Source: Mobula birostris
Lineage: Eukaryota
NCBI RefSeq assembly: GCF_030028105.1
Contig: NC_092393.1
Location: forward strand, 37,363,248-37,427,247
Length of the DNA: 64,000 bases
Reading direction: 5' to 3'
Shown: positions 13,337-26,498 of the stretch, piece after piece
Layout: each line of letters begins with the position of its first letter
Position numbering within the stretch: the stretch's first letter is position 1
Notes under the pieces: generated by a model
What the model was told of the DNA's origin: nothing
What the model saw: only the letters and a program-made list of their open reading frames with translations
The model's database searches: none
Made by a program: the position numbers and the translations under genes

Positions 13337-13440
13337 GAAAGAAGTGAACATTCCAGTTTTTGCAAATGGCAATATCCAGTACTTAAGTGATGTGGAGCGA
13401 TGCTTCCGGGAAACTGATGTACAAGGTGTAATGAGTGCAG
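13337..13440 (+). CDS. DUS1L: DUS1L coding exon 6: [35 protein letters not shown]
   Basis: IPVFANGNI and GVMSA motifs; AG/GT flanks; 104 nt. Confidence 0.96.
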
Positions 13441-13974
13441 GTATGTGCTCAAAGGAGAACTACTTCACCTTATTCCTAATTAGCCTGATTTATTTCTGCA
13501 CTTAAGTATCCATTCTTTGCTGCAATATATCTCTGTGTGAACCCTGTTTCTACATGTAGTTCCCTTTGACAAAAGCTTAATACTATATAAAGATATACCA
13601 TCATAAATTGCTATAATCCATGTATATCATTGAAGCAAACTTGTCACGTTTCAGTTGCATCCTCTTGTCAATGATTGAACTGTAATACCTCAAGTTTAGT
13701 ATTTCCAAAAGTGGCTGCTGCTACATGGAATCATCTTTATCCCAGTCAGCTTGCTGTAATAGCAAAATCTATCAGTTATTCCATTTAACTAAAAATCATT
13801 TAAAAAATGGAATGAATGTGTGATTGTAAGATTGGGATTAAGGTCCCCTTCTACAGTCTGGTCTATTAATGTGTTACATTCACCAGTGGATTAGTCTTGA
13901 CCCTGACCTCCCATGGGTAATATCATGTAACGAACAGATCGAATGACTTGCAGAATTGACTGTATTTTAAAAAA

Positions 13975-14680
13975 ACATAGAACATACAACACTGCAGCAC
14001 AGGAACAGATTATGCTGATCTAATTAGTAATCAACTGAACTAATCTTTTCAACTACACAATCTCCGTATCTTTCCATTCTCTGCACACTTATGTGCCTAT
14101 CTAAGAGCTTTTTATACACCCCCATCATATTTGCCTCCCCTACCAAATCTGTCCATGCATTCTAGGCGCCTACCATTCTATTTTTTAAAAAAACGCCCTG
14201 CACCTCTCCTTTAAACTCACCCCTCTCACCTTAAGTGCATAGCCTCTAGTACAGACAAAGATACCAGCTGTCTTTTCTGTGCCTTTCATGATCTTATAAA
14301 TTTCTGTCAGTCTACCCTCAGGCTCTGCCACTCCAAAGAAAGAAGTTCGTCTATTCACACTTTATAGCACATGCCCCTAATCCAGGAAACAACATGTTAA
14401 ACCTCTTCTGCACCTTCTCCAAAGCCTCCACATCCTTCCTATAAGGTGGTGACGAGAAATGAATGCAGATGTGGACTAACTAGAGTTTTATAAAGCTGCA
14501 CCATAACTTCCTGACCCTATCAATCTGTGCATCCACTTTCAGAGAGCTGTGAACTTGGATCCCAGGATCATTCTGTACATCAGTACTGCTAAAGATCTTG
14601 CCATTAGCATTAACATTTGATCTCCCAAAGAATATCTCACATTTGACTAGATTAAATGCCAAATGCCATTTCTGCAACTG
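13975..14680 (-). mobile_element. CR1 LINE 3' fragment
   Basis: Decayed KW.LAFN..KCE..FGRSN...GIQVHSSLKV; TTCTATG tail. Confidence 0.8.
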
Positions 14681-14956
14681 ATATATATACTGAATGTCTC
14701 CATACTATGACACAGATTTACCTTCAAGTCCTTGTTTTCAATTTGTTTATATTCAGCACTATAAAATGTATTCCAGTTTAAAGTTTTCTGTCCTTTTTCA
14801 TAAGTCTGCCAAATATAACTATTGCAGTTGTTGCATCAAATATTTTCCTCTGCCAGTGTTTCTACTTGCTTAGGTTTATATCCTAAGACTAATTCCAGTA
14901 TTGCCGCTTTGGGGTTGGACTTGGCAAAAGCATTTCAAGAACACTCTATGTATTAT

Positions 14957-15602
14957 TAGATTAGATTAGATTATGAGGACACTCAGTCCTCGTTTATTGT
15001 CATTTAGAAATGCATACATGCATTGAGAAATGATACAATGTTCCTCCAGAGTGATATCACAAAAAAAACAGAACAAACCAAAGACTAACACTGACAAGAC
15101 CACATAATTGTAACATATAGATACAGCAGTGCAAAGCAATACCATAATTTGATAAAGAACAGACCACGGGAACGGTTAAAAAAAAGTCTCAAAGTTCCGA
15201 TCGATTCCCGATAGTCCCCAATAGCAGGCGGCAGAAGGGAGAAACTCTCTCTGCCATAAACCTCCAGGCGCCGACAACTGTCGATGTGTTGGAAGCACCC
15301 GACTCTGAGTCCAGCCGAAAACTTTTGAGCCTCCAGCCAGCCCTTCGACACCGAGCACCGAGCACCATCTCTGCCGAGCGCTTCGACCCCGTCCCAGCCG
15401 CCAATCAACAAGCAAAGCCGAGGATTCGGGGCCTTCGTCTCTAGAGATTCTGGATCACACAGTAACAGCGGCAGCGGAAAAGGCATCTCAGAAGTTTCTC
15501 CAGGTGTTCCTCCGTTCTCTCACGTCTGTCTCCATCAAATCAGAATTGTGCACGGCACCCTACTTGACAGATTACAGATATCATTCACTGGAGTGGCCGC
15601 GC
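14957..15602 (-). mobile_element. Non-coding, CpG-rich (young) non-autonomous retroelement with (TCTAA)n tail
   Basis: (TTAGA)n at the left end followed by TTTATT (minus-strand polyA signal); GC/CpG-rich body with sharp boundaries. Confidence 0.6.
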
Positions 15603-18058
15603 AATCTTTTCCTCTTCCTCCCTCAAACAACCAGCACAGTTTAGAGACCAGGCTTGGGTGGGGGGTGGGTGGGTGGAGGCTAATCCTGATTGAGGCATCT
15701 TCCATAGACTCTAATAATAATCATGTTCAAAAGTTAAAGAAATTTATTTGATCCTTCGTTAAGAAACTAGCAAAACAAACAATCTTGAAGCGATATAATT
15801 AATGAAACTAAAACTAACGCTATTTAGAGTACTTAAATAGAATGAAATGAAGTTAAGCGAAATTAAATGCAAATGGTTAAACGAAATTAAACACAGTTAA
15901 ACAAAATAAGCGGAATTAAACTGTCAACAAAATGATATCACCCCAACCTACTCCCTAGTTCTAAACTAATCAAAATGAGTAAAAAACACGAATACATAAT
16001 TAAAACTCTTTACCCATGCGCCCCCACCCACATGACTAACAGACATAATAAACATGCAACACAGCATACAATGCAGATAGGACACAGATACATAGCTCCT
16101 ACAATACTAATGCTATCCCAGTTAATGTTGACAATTAGTACTATTAACTTTGTACTTTTCAGAAACTTGACTACAAATTAAGGATAGAATGTGCAGAATT
16201 ATATGGTAGAATTTAAATTATTTTTATACAGTTTGGTCTAATAATCTGCTATTTCCTGATCGCTTTTCATTAGAGGACTAGATTTGATCTTGACTTCTCA
16301 TGTGCAATGTCATGGTGCCATGAAGTACTTATTTTTCTAAGGGGATACATTTCAGTTCAATGGAGATATTATGAAGGCAAACAAATATATTTTATCTTCT
16401 GCTCGGCTTGTCAAAGGTACTAAGAATCCCTGTGATTCATTGCAGTATTGTTACGTCAATGTAATGTGCAATGAAGTAATAGTATATATGTTTATACTTG
16501 GCACCTACAGGGCAAATAACCAGTTGGAAATTATATATATTTTTTTAAAAACAGTGCTGTTAGGCCATAGTCCTGTCAGAGATGTATAGCTACATTTCTT
16601 TCTGCAATAAAAGATAGAATAAATAATAATTCATACTTATTTTTGAAGAAATTATGATGAAATAGAAGCAGATAATGCTGTAAATGCTCAGCAAGTTAAT
16701 TTAGCAGAATGAGAAGGAGAAAACATTTCTGATTGGATCTTTCATCAAAACCAGAAATGGTTAGAGAAATAAGTTTAATGAGAAAGGAAGAATTCAAGTA
16801 GAGAGAAGGTAATAAATCTTATTTGTTATGATTGTAACACCAGGCATTTCAGTGAGATAACTTGTATACGTTATGCTTTAAAATATGTTCCTATAAAAAT
16901 CACAATTGTTCTAAGCCATCAGACTATGACTGACTTGTAGTTTTGATCATCTGGAGCCAGGTTATTTTCCCAGCATGTACCATTTACAGAATATATCATG
17001 AGAATCAGAAAAAGAATTACTAAAGTGTTTTTACATACCAGTTAAAATGCAGTAGCAGTCAATGCTCTCCCACACAGGTTCCTCTGTGCAGTTGATGAGT
17101 TATCATCGAATACAACAGTCAATCAATTAATCAGAATGCAATATATCAGTTCAAGCTAAGGTTCAAGTAGGAAAAGAACATGTTAAGAAAGAGACCGCAG
17201 TATTAATGGACTTAATATAGCTATGGTATCTTCAGCCTATCTATAAGTTTGATCTTAGATTTGCAGTGTGCCCATATGAAATGCTCTTCATTTCAACCAC
17301 TGTGACCTATCCTGTAGTAGGCAAGAGAAACTCCAGATCCTGGAACTATTTCTGCATAAATATCTTTCAGATTATATGACTTTTGATTTTGCAAATTTAT
17401 TGCTGCTGTGGGGAGACATCAGTGATGATGAGCCATCAACTTAAAATTGTCTCTGAGCCTGAGAGATGAGGCATTCTAACATGGTGTTGTTGGACCCCAT
17501 TGTGTTTTGTCTGAGTGAACATCAGATGATAAATTGAAGCCATACTATAAATGCTTCCTTATGTTCATAATCTTGTATTTGAATGATGCCCATTCCATTT
17601 TTTTTCATTTTGAGATTTTGCCATATTTTTCTGTTGAAAATAAATCTTAGAAGAGTTGTTATCAGCATTTTTAATTTTTTGCTGTTAAATGGCAGTTATT
17701 ACAGCATCTTATGTTAAGCACAATGCTTTTTACTTGATGTATTCTGTGTTCAATACTCATAATCCCTAAGATTTATAGTACCTAAGGATGCAACACATTT
17801 TTTTTCACATGATTCTAAGTAGGGTAAAGTCAACACTAAAGGTGCTCATTTCTGATGTTGTCACTTGAAATTAGGATAAAGAATTGAGATAGAGGAAGTA
17901 TGATTCTCTCTTACAATGGTCTAGTACTTTGATATGTCCCATGTGCAAATAACAATTAGAGTTAAGGTCTAGATGTAGCTTCTGTGTAGCTTTAGGGTAT
18001 AGAAGATATTTGGAACTGTAACTTTAGAGTCTACAATTTCTGTACCTTTCTCTGACAG

Positions 18059-18203
18059 AGGGAAATCTGCACAACCCAGCTCTGTTTGAAGGCCGAAAGC
18101 CACCTGTGTGGGAGATGGCAGAAGAGTATTTAGAGATTGTCAGCCAGTACCCTTGTCCACTTTCATTTGTCAGAGCCCATCTCTTCAAACTCTGGCATCA
18201 CAC
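18059..18203 (+). CDS. DUS1L: DUS1L coding exon 7: [48 protein letters not shown]
   Basis: NPALF motif; AG and gtgagt flanks; 145 nt. Confidence 0.96.
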
Positions 18204-20549
18204 GTGAGTTAATGAGCAAACTTTCTTCATTATTGCCTTCAATACGGTCTGCCTGATCATCTTGTTTTGAGCAATGTGGACAGGATCCTCTGCTTTTTTG
18301 CACGAACTGCTCCAGATCAACATTAATCGCAGAAATACATTCACCATTTACTAATGAAACTGTAGGATAAGTTATATATGTATGATGTTCCATGATCGCA
18401 CAGGTGGTAAACTTTACAGACTATAGAAAACAATGTTCCTGCTGATTCCCAGGAATAAGCCAGTGTTTATAAAGCTGAAGGTTATGGGCACCTTTTGCCG
18501 GAGAGCAACATGAATATAGCTGAAGAATAACACACGATAGACAAAGCACCATTCTCTTTTTGACAAGGTACACAATTATAGCTATTTCCTGGGATTTTCT
18601 TAAATGTATGCTGTGTAAGTATTCTTAAATGTGATGATCAGAACATTAAGTGATGTGTTTACTTTGATGCAGTCTGAGTCTCTCTTTTAATTTGTACTAT
18701 GCCTTCATGACAATGGAATAGGCAGATCGTCATCCGAGAAGCCCCTGCAATGGGTCTGAAGATCTGTCATTGGCCTAACACTATCAGAAGCAATGATAAG
18801 TGAGACCCATTTCCTACTGACAGATTTGGGGTTGGTGCCATGAGCTGGGGGATTGAATGGGTTTGAGGTTGGGGGGAGGAGGCTGCAGGAATTGAAACAA
18901 ATGTTCCCTGAAGCCACCCAGAATCATCTCAAAAAGCTGTTCACTTTATTCTAATGCAGTTGATTCTGACAACTGTGCATCTTTTAAACCCAGTCTAGTT
19001 ATCTGAATTGTATAAAAGCAAGAGCTGCAATACCACTGTCCTTCATTGTAAAACATATTATTCAGGAAAGTTGACAGATAGATTGTATTGGGATCAAAGA
19101 ATAAAGGAATAAATTTAAATGACAGGAATCAGAAGAAGATGCTTTGTCTCTAGTTTTCTTACCCCAAATTATTGCAGTTTATACAGAGATAACAGGCAAA
19201 TAGTAAGGACTACTATCTGTGTGTGCCTTTTGTATTGGAGAGTCTATTTAAAAAAAAACTTCGTTATTGGAAATATGAAACAAGAACTTCTGTTTTACAC
19301 TACTCTGGTACAGTATACAGCATCACATCTAATATTTTTAATATACTTTGTTATACACATTTCTCCTGCTAGATTGAAGTGGCCTATTCTATAAAATTAA
19401 CTCCATTGTTAGAAGACTTGAAATTGCTATAAATTGTGGATTGATTCTGATCTTTGTATTTATTTAGTGTCCTCTGTGTTGGAAGGTGGAGAGGCATCTT
19501 TGTGTGTTAAAGGGCAGAAAGATAGTAAAAGATCAAGAAAAGAGAGATTATTTGGGGAAAAATAAAAAAAAGAATTAAAAATATTATTTTTCAATTTCAC
19601 CACTTCATCAAGAGGCTGTTTCTTACAAAGCTTTCAGGGGCAGAGAGGGAAACTCATGTTAGTTTTTAGTCTTTCCGTTCTTGGCTCAATGCCACACTTT
19701 ATCTGATATCATTTAAGTGACTCTCCTTAGCCTGTTTCCTGTATTAAGAGCACCAATGAAATGCAAGTGTCAGGTGTTTTCAGAAGCAGCCTGTGAAATA
19801 CTTATAATTTATTGTATGGATGGGATAATAGGAGTTACCATTACATATTAATAGTAGCTTTGAAATGTGATCCTCTTGGAAAGGGTTAGTCCATTGGGTC
19901 AGTAGGATCATCTCCATTTTGATGGAAGCTGACAAACTCTCAATGGTATGAAGGCGGATTAAATCTAAGCAATTTGAATGTTCTGTTTTCAATATGTCAC
20001 ACAGGAGGAAAGATTAAGCAATTTTTCTAATGAGGGTTTGAATGATATTATGTGTGATTATATAGGAAATGTTATTTGGAGGAGACTTACTTCACTCCGT
20101 CTCTGACTCAAATTTGCCATTATGTCCTTTTATTCCACGTCTGATTTTGTATAACCAAAATTAAATAATCAGCTCTACCACCTGAAGGTGTAATTCCAGT
20201 TTACTGCGTCCTAGAATGGGGAAAGTAAATGAGGTGTATGATTGCATGTGGTGTTCCCTGCATTACCAATAGATGCCCCTAGGTAGCTGATACCTGTGTA
20301 ATAAAAATGAATGGAACCCCATTGTGCCCACTGTACTGTGCACAACCAGGGGAGAAAAGTAGTTATCAGATTGAGAGCAGCTACAGAATTTTTACTTTGT
20401 CTGATTTTAAAACCTTTAAAATCTTTCCAGTTGGACTAGCAATTACATTTTTAAAATTGAAAACTTTTGATGTAACACATTGTGTTATTTGTCAAGCTTC
20501 TTACTTGTCAATGTGTATTTTACTGAACAAAGACCTGTGCTTTTTATAG

Positions 20550-20646
20550 GCTACAGGTTTACCATGAATTAAGAGAGGAATTAGCAAAAGTGAAAACTCT
20601 GGAGGCCATTATAGAGGTCAACAAAGAACTTAAACGAAGGTGTCAG
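20550..20646 (+). CDS. DUS1L: DUS1L coding exon 8: [33 protein letters not shown]
   Basis: Matches the DUS1L helical domain; AG/GT flanks; 97 nt. Confidence 0.95.
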
Positions 20647-22463
20647 GTATGCATAATTATGATATAATCAAGGAATTGGTGCTCATACCCACAATAAGTA
20701 TATCTGTTGCTGAAAGACAATGTTAAGTGTTTTGAAGGGGAAAGATAGATATGTTTTGCATTAAAGAAATTAATATTGTTTTCCTGAAGATTTGTTCTTT
20801 TTGTGCAAAGATATATTCAGCTTATTTATTACAGAATAAAATTAGGATGGCACAACAATAATACAAGCCTGGTTGAAAATGAAACTTGTTTTGATTCTGT
20901 TAAAATACAAACATTTTATTAACATGATTTCTTTAGAATATGCAGCGGAAAATATTCTTTAAAAGGCCTAGTTGGATTTGATTAATCTGCAACGTAATGC
21001 TCAGTTTCAAATGGAATGTAGTATCACCTTACAGTGCAATTGCTTTTGACTGTTATGAGCTACACCGTGTGGCCAGTTGCATTCCCAAAGAATAGCTCAT
21101 TATACTAATGACATTAAAATTAACATGAGCCTGGATGAAGGAGAACTGCATTTTAATTGCAAGATGCTTTGCTAATGTTCAACTTTTAAATTCATAACCA
21201 TATTTTTGAAAAAAAGCATTATATAATAACATAAAGTAAAAATTTTTTAAAGCTATTGTCAAAGTTACCTTGAAGGCTAAGAGGTAGAGAAGAAATTCCA
21301 TTCATAGTGCAGGACTATGTAGCTATTCACTGGGTGAGGAATGTCCAGAGTCTGAAGGATGTTAAATTTGTGGCAGGATTATAAAGGTGGGTGTAGTCGT
21401 GGATGAAGGGAGAGTACAAGGTCTCAAAGAATATGAGCTTGTGGATGAGAATTGTAAATTTGTAATGCAAGGGTAAAAGCAACCAAAGTAAGTTATTGCA
21501 TATTGATGAAGGGCAAGTGGTACTTTGCTGGTTTCAGTATTAAACCTTTATATTGACTATAGATTATTAAGAGTGGTGATGGAAGATCATGCAGAAGAGC
21601 TTTGGAGTACATAGATAGTTCTGGAGATGCCACATCAATTACTTTTTCAGGAAAACAAAGTAGAAAAGTTTAGAAATACTCAGTTGGGCAGCAAGCGTCT
21701 TTGAGGTGAGAAACAGTGACATTTTCAGGTTGATCATTCTCATGGATCTCTCCATCAGAAATTATTTCAGTTCGAACTCATAGGACTAGATGTTTCAATC
21801 CCGTTGATAAGCAGATCCTAACTTGGGTCATAGCATAGAGATTTTGAGGAGGGACTTGGAGGGTGGTGGATGCTTCTTAGGGAACATCAGGTGGGCACCC
21901 CTTTTCTTAGATGTTTTGTCAATTTAAGCCCACTACATTTCCAGGGGGTTCAACAGTGCGACCTGATGTACCGAGTCCCCCTCCCCCCCCAACTTCACAT
22001 CTGGCCACCCATGGGTCATTTTAGGGCTCAGCTGCCATCACTCCTCTTCATCTATAACTAGTAGGTTTCGCTTGGCTACCTCTGAGAGTTCTTTTATAGC
22101 TTGGTCTCAGACTCCCAGTCCCTTCAGCAATCTGATTATGGAAGTAGCCACAAATCCTGGGCAGCCAACTCCTACGGGGAAAATCTGCACTTTCTGTGGC
22201 CAGAGATTTTAAAACACTACTATATTGTTTATCAGAATCGGGAAAAAGGTCAATTTTGAAGGCTGAATTTGGAATGTAACATGATGGGGGGGTGGGGGGG
22301 GAGAGAATGTTGGAGCAGTGAAGGTACCTCCCCATTTGTAGATGGCAATGAACTCAAATAAGAGGGAGATTTTACCCATGGTAAATAAGAGCTTGCAGAA
22401 TTTGAATTAATTTTTTGCATTATTCTATTGCAAATATTTATAACTGTTTCCTAATGTCTGTAG

Positions 22464-22552
22464 GATGAAATATCTAACTTAAAGGAAGAAGAAACTGGAG
22501 AAAACCATTTGCCTCTTCCTCACTGGATTTGCCAACCGTATGTCCGACCAGG
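22464..22552 (+). CDS. DUS1L: DUS1L coding exon 9: DEISNLKEEETGENHLPLPHWICQPYVRP
   Basis: HWICQPYxRP motif; AG/GT flanks; 89 nt. Confidence 0.95.
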
Positions 22553-23009
22553 GTAGGAGAGGTTTAAATTTAGAGTTTACACTGACAGGCATATTTATAA
22601 TCAGAGCTACAAAAATACTCAACTTGGATTATTGTAAATTTATACAATAATAACTTGTTGGAGGAGGGTTGGGGGAAGCCAAAGCTAACAGTTAAATGAG
22701 AAATGATGCAAATTCATTTCAATTGAATGGATGTGGGATATGATTGTTTAAACTTTGCAATAGCTAATTGGCTTGCACACCTTATCTGATTTTCTTCCAC
22801 ATTAAAATCAGTGCAAAGGATAATCAAACAAGGGATCCATTTTGGATTTGCTCATTTCCCTCTGTCAAAAAATTAAAATCACTTGACTACTGATGCATAG
22901 GAGCTCAGGAATTGGGTTTTGTAAAGAAATGCTGCGAATGAGAAATCTAAAAGCCTGCATCAGCATCGGTTGACTTGGGAGCGGCTGGAATATCTGGACT
23001 CTGAAGAAA

Positions 23010-23945
23010 TGTTCAAGTTCAAGTTTATTGCTGTTCAACTGTACACATGTCTATAGCCAAATGAAACAACTTACCTCTGGGATCAAGGTACAAAACACAG
23101 TACGTATATCCCATGCAACACACGCAGATGCTGGAGTAACTCAGCAGGTCAGGTGGCATCTATGGAAGTGAATAAACAGTTGATGTTTCAGGCCAAGACC
23201 CTTATTCAGGACATAAAAAATATTAACATAATAATATTAACATAATAAAAATTCTCTGGATGTACAAGTTGACATCAGGTGTATGTACAACATATAGTTA
23301 AACATACAACACTATAGCTACTGGTGGTAGGGTGTTCAGAAGTCTCACAACCTGGGTGAAGAGACTATTATCCAGCTTAACACAGTTCTTGTTCTTATAC
23401 TGCAGTATCTTCTGCTTGACAGTGAGAGATTGTGGGATGGATGAGAGGAGTCCTTGACAAAGCTGAGGGCTCTGCAAACACAGTGCTCCTAGTAAGTGTC
23501 CTGGGATGGGTTGGAGGGAAGATAGAGACCCAGATAATTCTCATAGCAGCCCTCACAGTCTGTTGCAGAGTTTTGCAGTCAGATGCCTTACAAATCCCAT
23601 ACCAGACAGGGATACAGCTGGTCAGGGTAATCTCGATGGTGCTCCAGTAGAATGTGATTAGAATGAGGGGGGCAGGGAGCTTCGCTCACCTCAGTCTCCT
23701 CAGGAAGTGGAGGCACTGCTGTGCTTTCTTGAGTGAAGATCATCTGTGATGTGCGCCCCAAGAAACCTGGTTCTCCTAACTCTCTCCACGGAGGAGCTGT
23801 TGAAATGCAGTACAGAATGGTTAGCTTGCACCTTCGTGAAGTCCACATTTTGTCCACATTGAAACCCAAGGTGTTAAGTTTGCGCGTCCACAAACCGCTT
23901 GACCACTTCTCTGTAACTTCGCTGCAACTCATCGTTGTTGCTGAT
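23010..23945 (-). mobile_element. Rex1-like LINE fragment interrupted by a PLE tail (about 23115-23212)
   Basis: TTGAAC tail and decayed RT C-terminal region. The inserted PLE tail reads CTGAATAAGGGTCTTGGCCTGAAACATC on the minus strand. Confidence 0.7.
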
Positions 23946-24217
23946 GAGCAAAAGTTAATATCTTTAATTGCTGAGTTCAGCGTAAGACTTGGCCAGCATT
24001 TGGCTTAAAGTAGACTCCAAGTTAAGATCCAATAATTTTCTTTCAATATTACGGTGATTAACAGATCCATCAGAATAGAGTCAGCACTAAAATTTTAGTC
24101 ATAATTAATTGTTCCAATACTGTGAAGGAGTTGCTTACAGTCGAGGAACATTATTTGCTGAAAGGAACATAGAAGGTGTACACAGCCTATGATTTACATA
24201 CTTATCATACTTTACAT

Positions 24218-24430
24218 GCCGATGCGGCAGAGAGGGCCTCAAGATGGCTGTGGCTCAAAAGAGGGGAGCCATGGAGTCATAAGTAGCTAGCCATCTGGAC
24301 ACAAGCTGGGGTCTGATCAGCCCCGGCTGGGTCACCTGGAGGAGGTTGTATGATGTTGAAAGACCCGAAACACCTGATGATTCCAGGAACATCACTGAAG
24401 ATGTGTCCAGAAGCATCAGTGGATGTATGT
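24218..24430 (+). mobile_element. 3' end of a HERO-like (restriction-like-endonuclease) non-LTR retrotransposon
   Basis: In-frame ADAAERASRWLWLKRGEPWSHK* (24218-24286) resembles the C-terminus I recall for HERO-clade ORFs; followed by a structured 3' UTR. Confidence 0.65.
24294..24411 (+). ncRNA. Putative permuted hammerhead-ribozyme-like structured RNA
   Basis: CTGAAGA at 24395-24401, GAAAC at 24367-24371, GTA at 24348-24350, with six complementary helices (see findings). Confidence 0.55.
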
Positions 24431-25285
24431 ACACAGCAATATATACTTAAATTGTATTCAATATTAATACACTTGAAGATTATTATCTATTTATGTAGCA
24501 CCTTTCATGCCCTTTTCAGCAAATCCTAACATGCTTTACAGCTTTTCCCAATGCTGTCTCTGTTTAATGAGGCAGACATTGGAACCAATTTACATACTGT
24601 AAGCTTCTATAAACAGAAATGGAATAATGAATCAGTGTTTTTGTGGAGACACAGGACGCTGGAAATGCTGTAATCTAGCACAAAATTCAGACTGCTGGAG
24701 GAACCCAAGGCAGAGAGTATATAGATGGGAGATTGCCAGTATTAAGAGGAAGGGACGAGGCAGAGACTGGCTGGTGATAGGTGGTGTATTTTTCTTAAAT
24801 GCTAGTGCTTACTAATGATTTTTGCAAACTTCGGTCATGAAGCAGAACTTCCATCTCCCAATTAACTGAAGTGTTTAAATTCATCATTCCTTGCAGAAGT
24901 ATAGTAAATTTTAACAGATGTGAAATAATCATAGTTGAATTACTTGGATATTATCAAAGCTAACATAATAGCTACATTTAAAAAAGAAGTTCCCAATTGT
25001 TCAAAATGAGAGCTAAACACCTTATTTTTTTACTTAATGTAAATATTTAGTTGCAATTTAAAAAAAAAATAAAATACAGATTTTCTTGGCAGTAGATGTT
25101 GTGAAACTGGAGAGGGTGCCAAGGAGATTTACTGGGATGTTGCCTGGGACAGAGAAGTTTAGTTAAAAAGAGAAATTAGATCTGTTCTCTCTGGGACAGA
25201 GGAAGTTAAGGGACCTGATGGAGATACAGTATATAAAATTATGAGGGGTGTATATCAGGTATAACGCAGGAAGTATTCCCCTTAT

Positions 25286-25600
25286 GGGATGCCATGGTAG
25301 TGTAGCGGTTTGTGCGACATTATTACAGCTCAGGACATCGGAGTTCAGAGCTCCATTCCGGCGCTGTCTGTAAGGTGTTTGTACATTCTCTCCATGTCCG
25401 CGTGAATTTCCTCCAGATGATCTGGTTTTTCTCCTACAGTCCAAAAACATACCAGTTAGTAGGTCAATTAGTCAGTGTAAATTGGCCTATGATTAGGCTG
25501 AGGTTAAATAAGTTGGTGGGTTGCTGGGGATGTGGCCCATTGGGTGGGAAAGGCCTGTTCTGCACTCTCTCTCTAAATAACTAAATAAACAGATAATAAA
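25286..25600 (+). mobile_element. V-SINE (HE1-like) tRNA-derived SINE
   Basis: tRNA-like head (TAGTGTAGCGG), V-core-like TTTCCTCC..TCTGGTTTTTCTCCTACAGTCCAAA, and TAAA-repeat tail. Confidence 0.7.
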
Positions 25601-25824
25601 ACTAATGAAAATGGGTTTAGCATAAGGGGGAGATATTTGGAGGAGATTCGAAGATGAACTTATTCACCCAGAGAGAGGAAACTACTTGGAATGCACTGTC
25701 TGAGAGAGTGATTGAAATACGAGGGGTGATTGATAAGTTCGTGACCTACGGTAGAAGGAGTCAGTTTTAGAAAACCTAGCACATTTACTTTTCAACATAG
25801 TCCACTCCTACATGTACACACTTA

Positions 25825-26498
25825 GGCTACGTCCATACTAGACTTGATAAATCAGTAGCTGAAGCTTTTTCTCTTCGTTTTGATCCTCCATCCACACTGA
25901 AAAGGTGTTTTCCTCCCCTGAAAACCAAGATTTTCAGAAACGCTCTCCAGAGTGAATGAATCTGGAAACGCCTAATATCCGGTGTAGTGTGTACAGAGTA
26001 ACCGGCTATTTTTAAAACCGCTGTCATGACGTGCCGGAACAAATGGTGGCGGCAGCACAGCATTTCATTGTTCTCTTGAACACAACCTCCAACACCACAA
26101 CAATATCTGACAATAGGTGTGTAACAGCCTCACGTAACATCGTATGGAAATACAAGATAACACTGATGCAGACATGTTTTATACATTTAACAAGGTGCTT
26201 TATTAATGCAAACATGAGGAATTCTGCAGATGCTGGAAATTCAAGCAACACACATAAAAGTTGTTGGTGAACACAGCAGGCCAGGCAGCATCTCTAGGAA
26301 GAGGTACAGTCGACGTTTCAGGCCGAGACCCTTCGCTTGTTTTCTGTGTGTCCTACGCATGCCCAGTAGGAGGAGATTCGCCCAAATATCCAGTTTAATG
26401 TGGACAGAGGTATTTTTAAAAATGCCTAGTGTGGATGCCTGTTGTTTTTAGGCGAAACCGGCGTTTTAAAAATTATCTGGTCTAGTGTGGACGTAGCC
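25825..26498. mobile_element. PIF/Harbinger-type MITE nested in the mariner MITE
   Basis: TTA|GGCTACGTCCATACTAGAC ... GTCTAGTGTGGACGTAGCC|TTA; 3-bp TWA TSD. Confidence 0.85.
26209..26335 (-). mobile_element. PLE tail fragment nested in the Harbinger MITE
   Basis: Minus strand reads CGAAGGGTCTCGGCCTGAAACGTCGACTG... Confidence 0.85.

Noticed and set aside
17422-17514. Possible intronic C/D snoRNA (GTGATGA at 17422, CTGA at 17453 and 17511)
   Set aside because: No convincing terminal stem, no rRNA or snRNA guide complementarity I can recognise, and about 545 nt from the next acceptor. Such boxes occur by chance; snoscan or Infernal would settle it.
18631-18677. GTGATGA...CTGA box pair in the intron after coding exon 7
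   Set aside because: Only 47 nt long, too short for a C/D snoRNA, with no terminal stem.
24374-24380. Second CTGATGA match inside the permuted hammerhead region
   Set aside because: It overlaps stem III and has no suitably placed stem I or GAAA partner; probably incidental.
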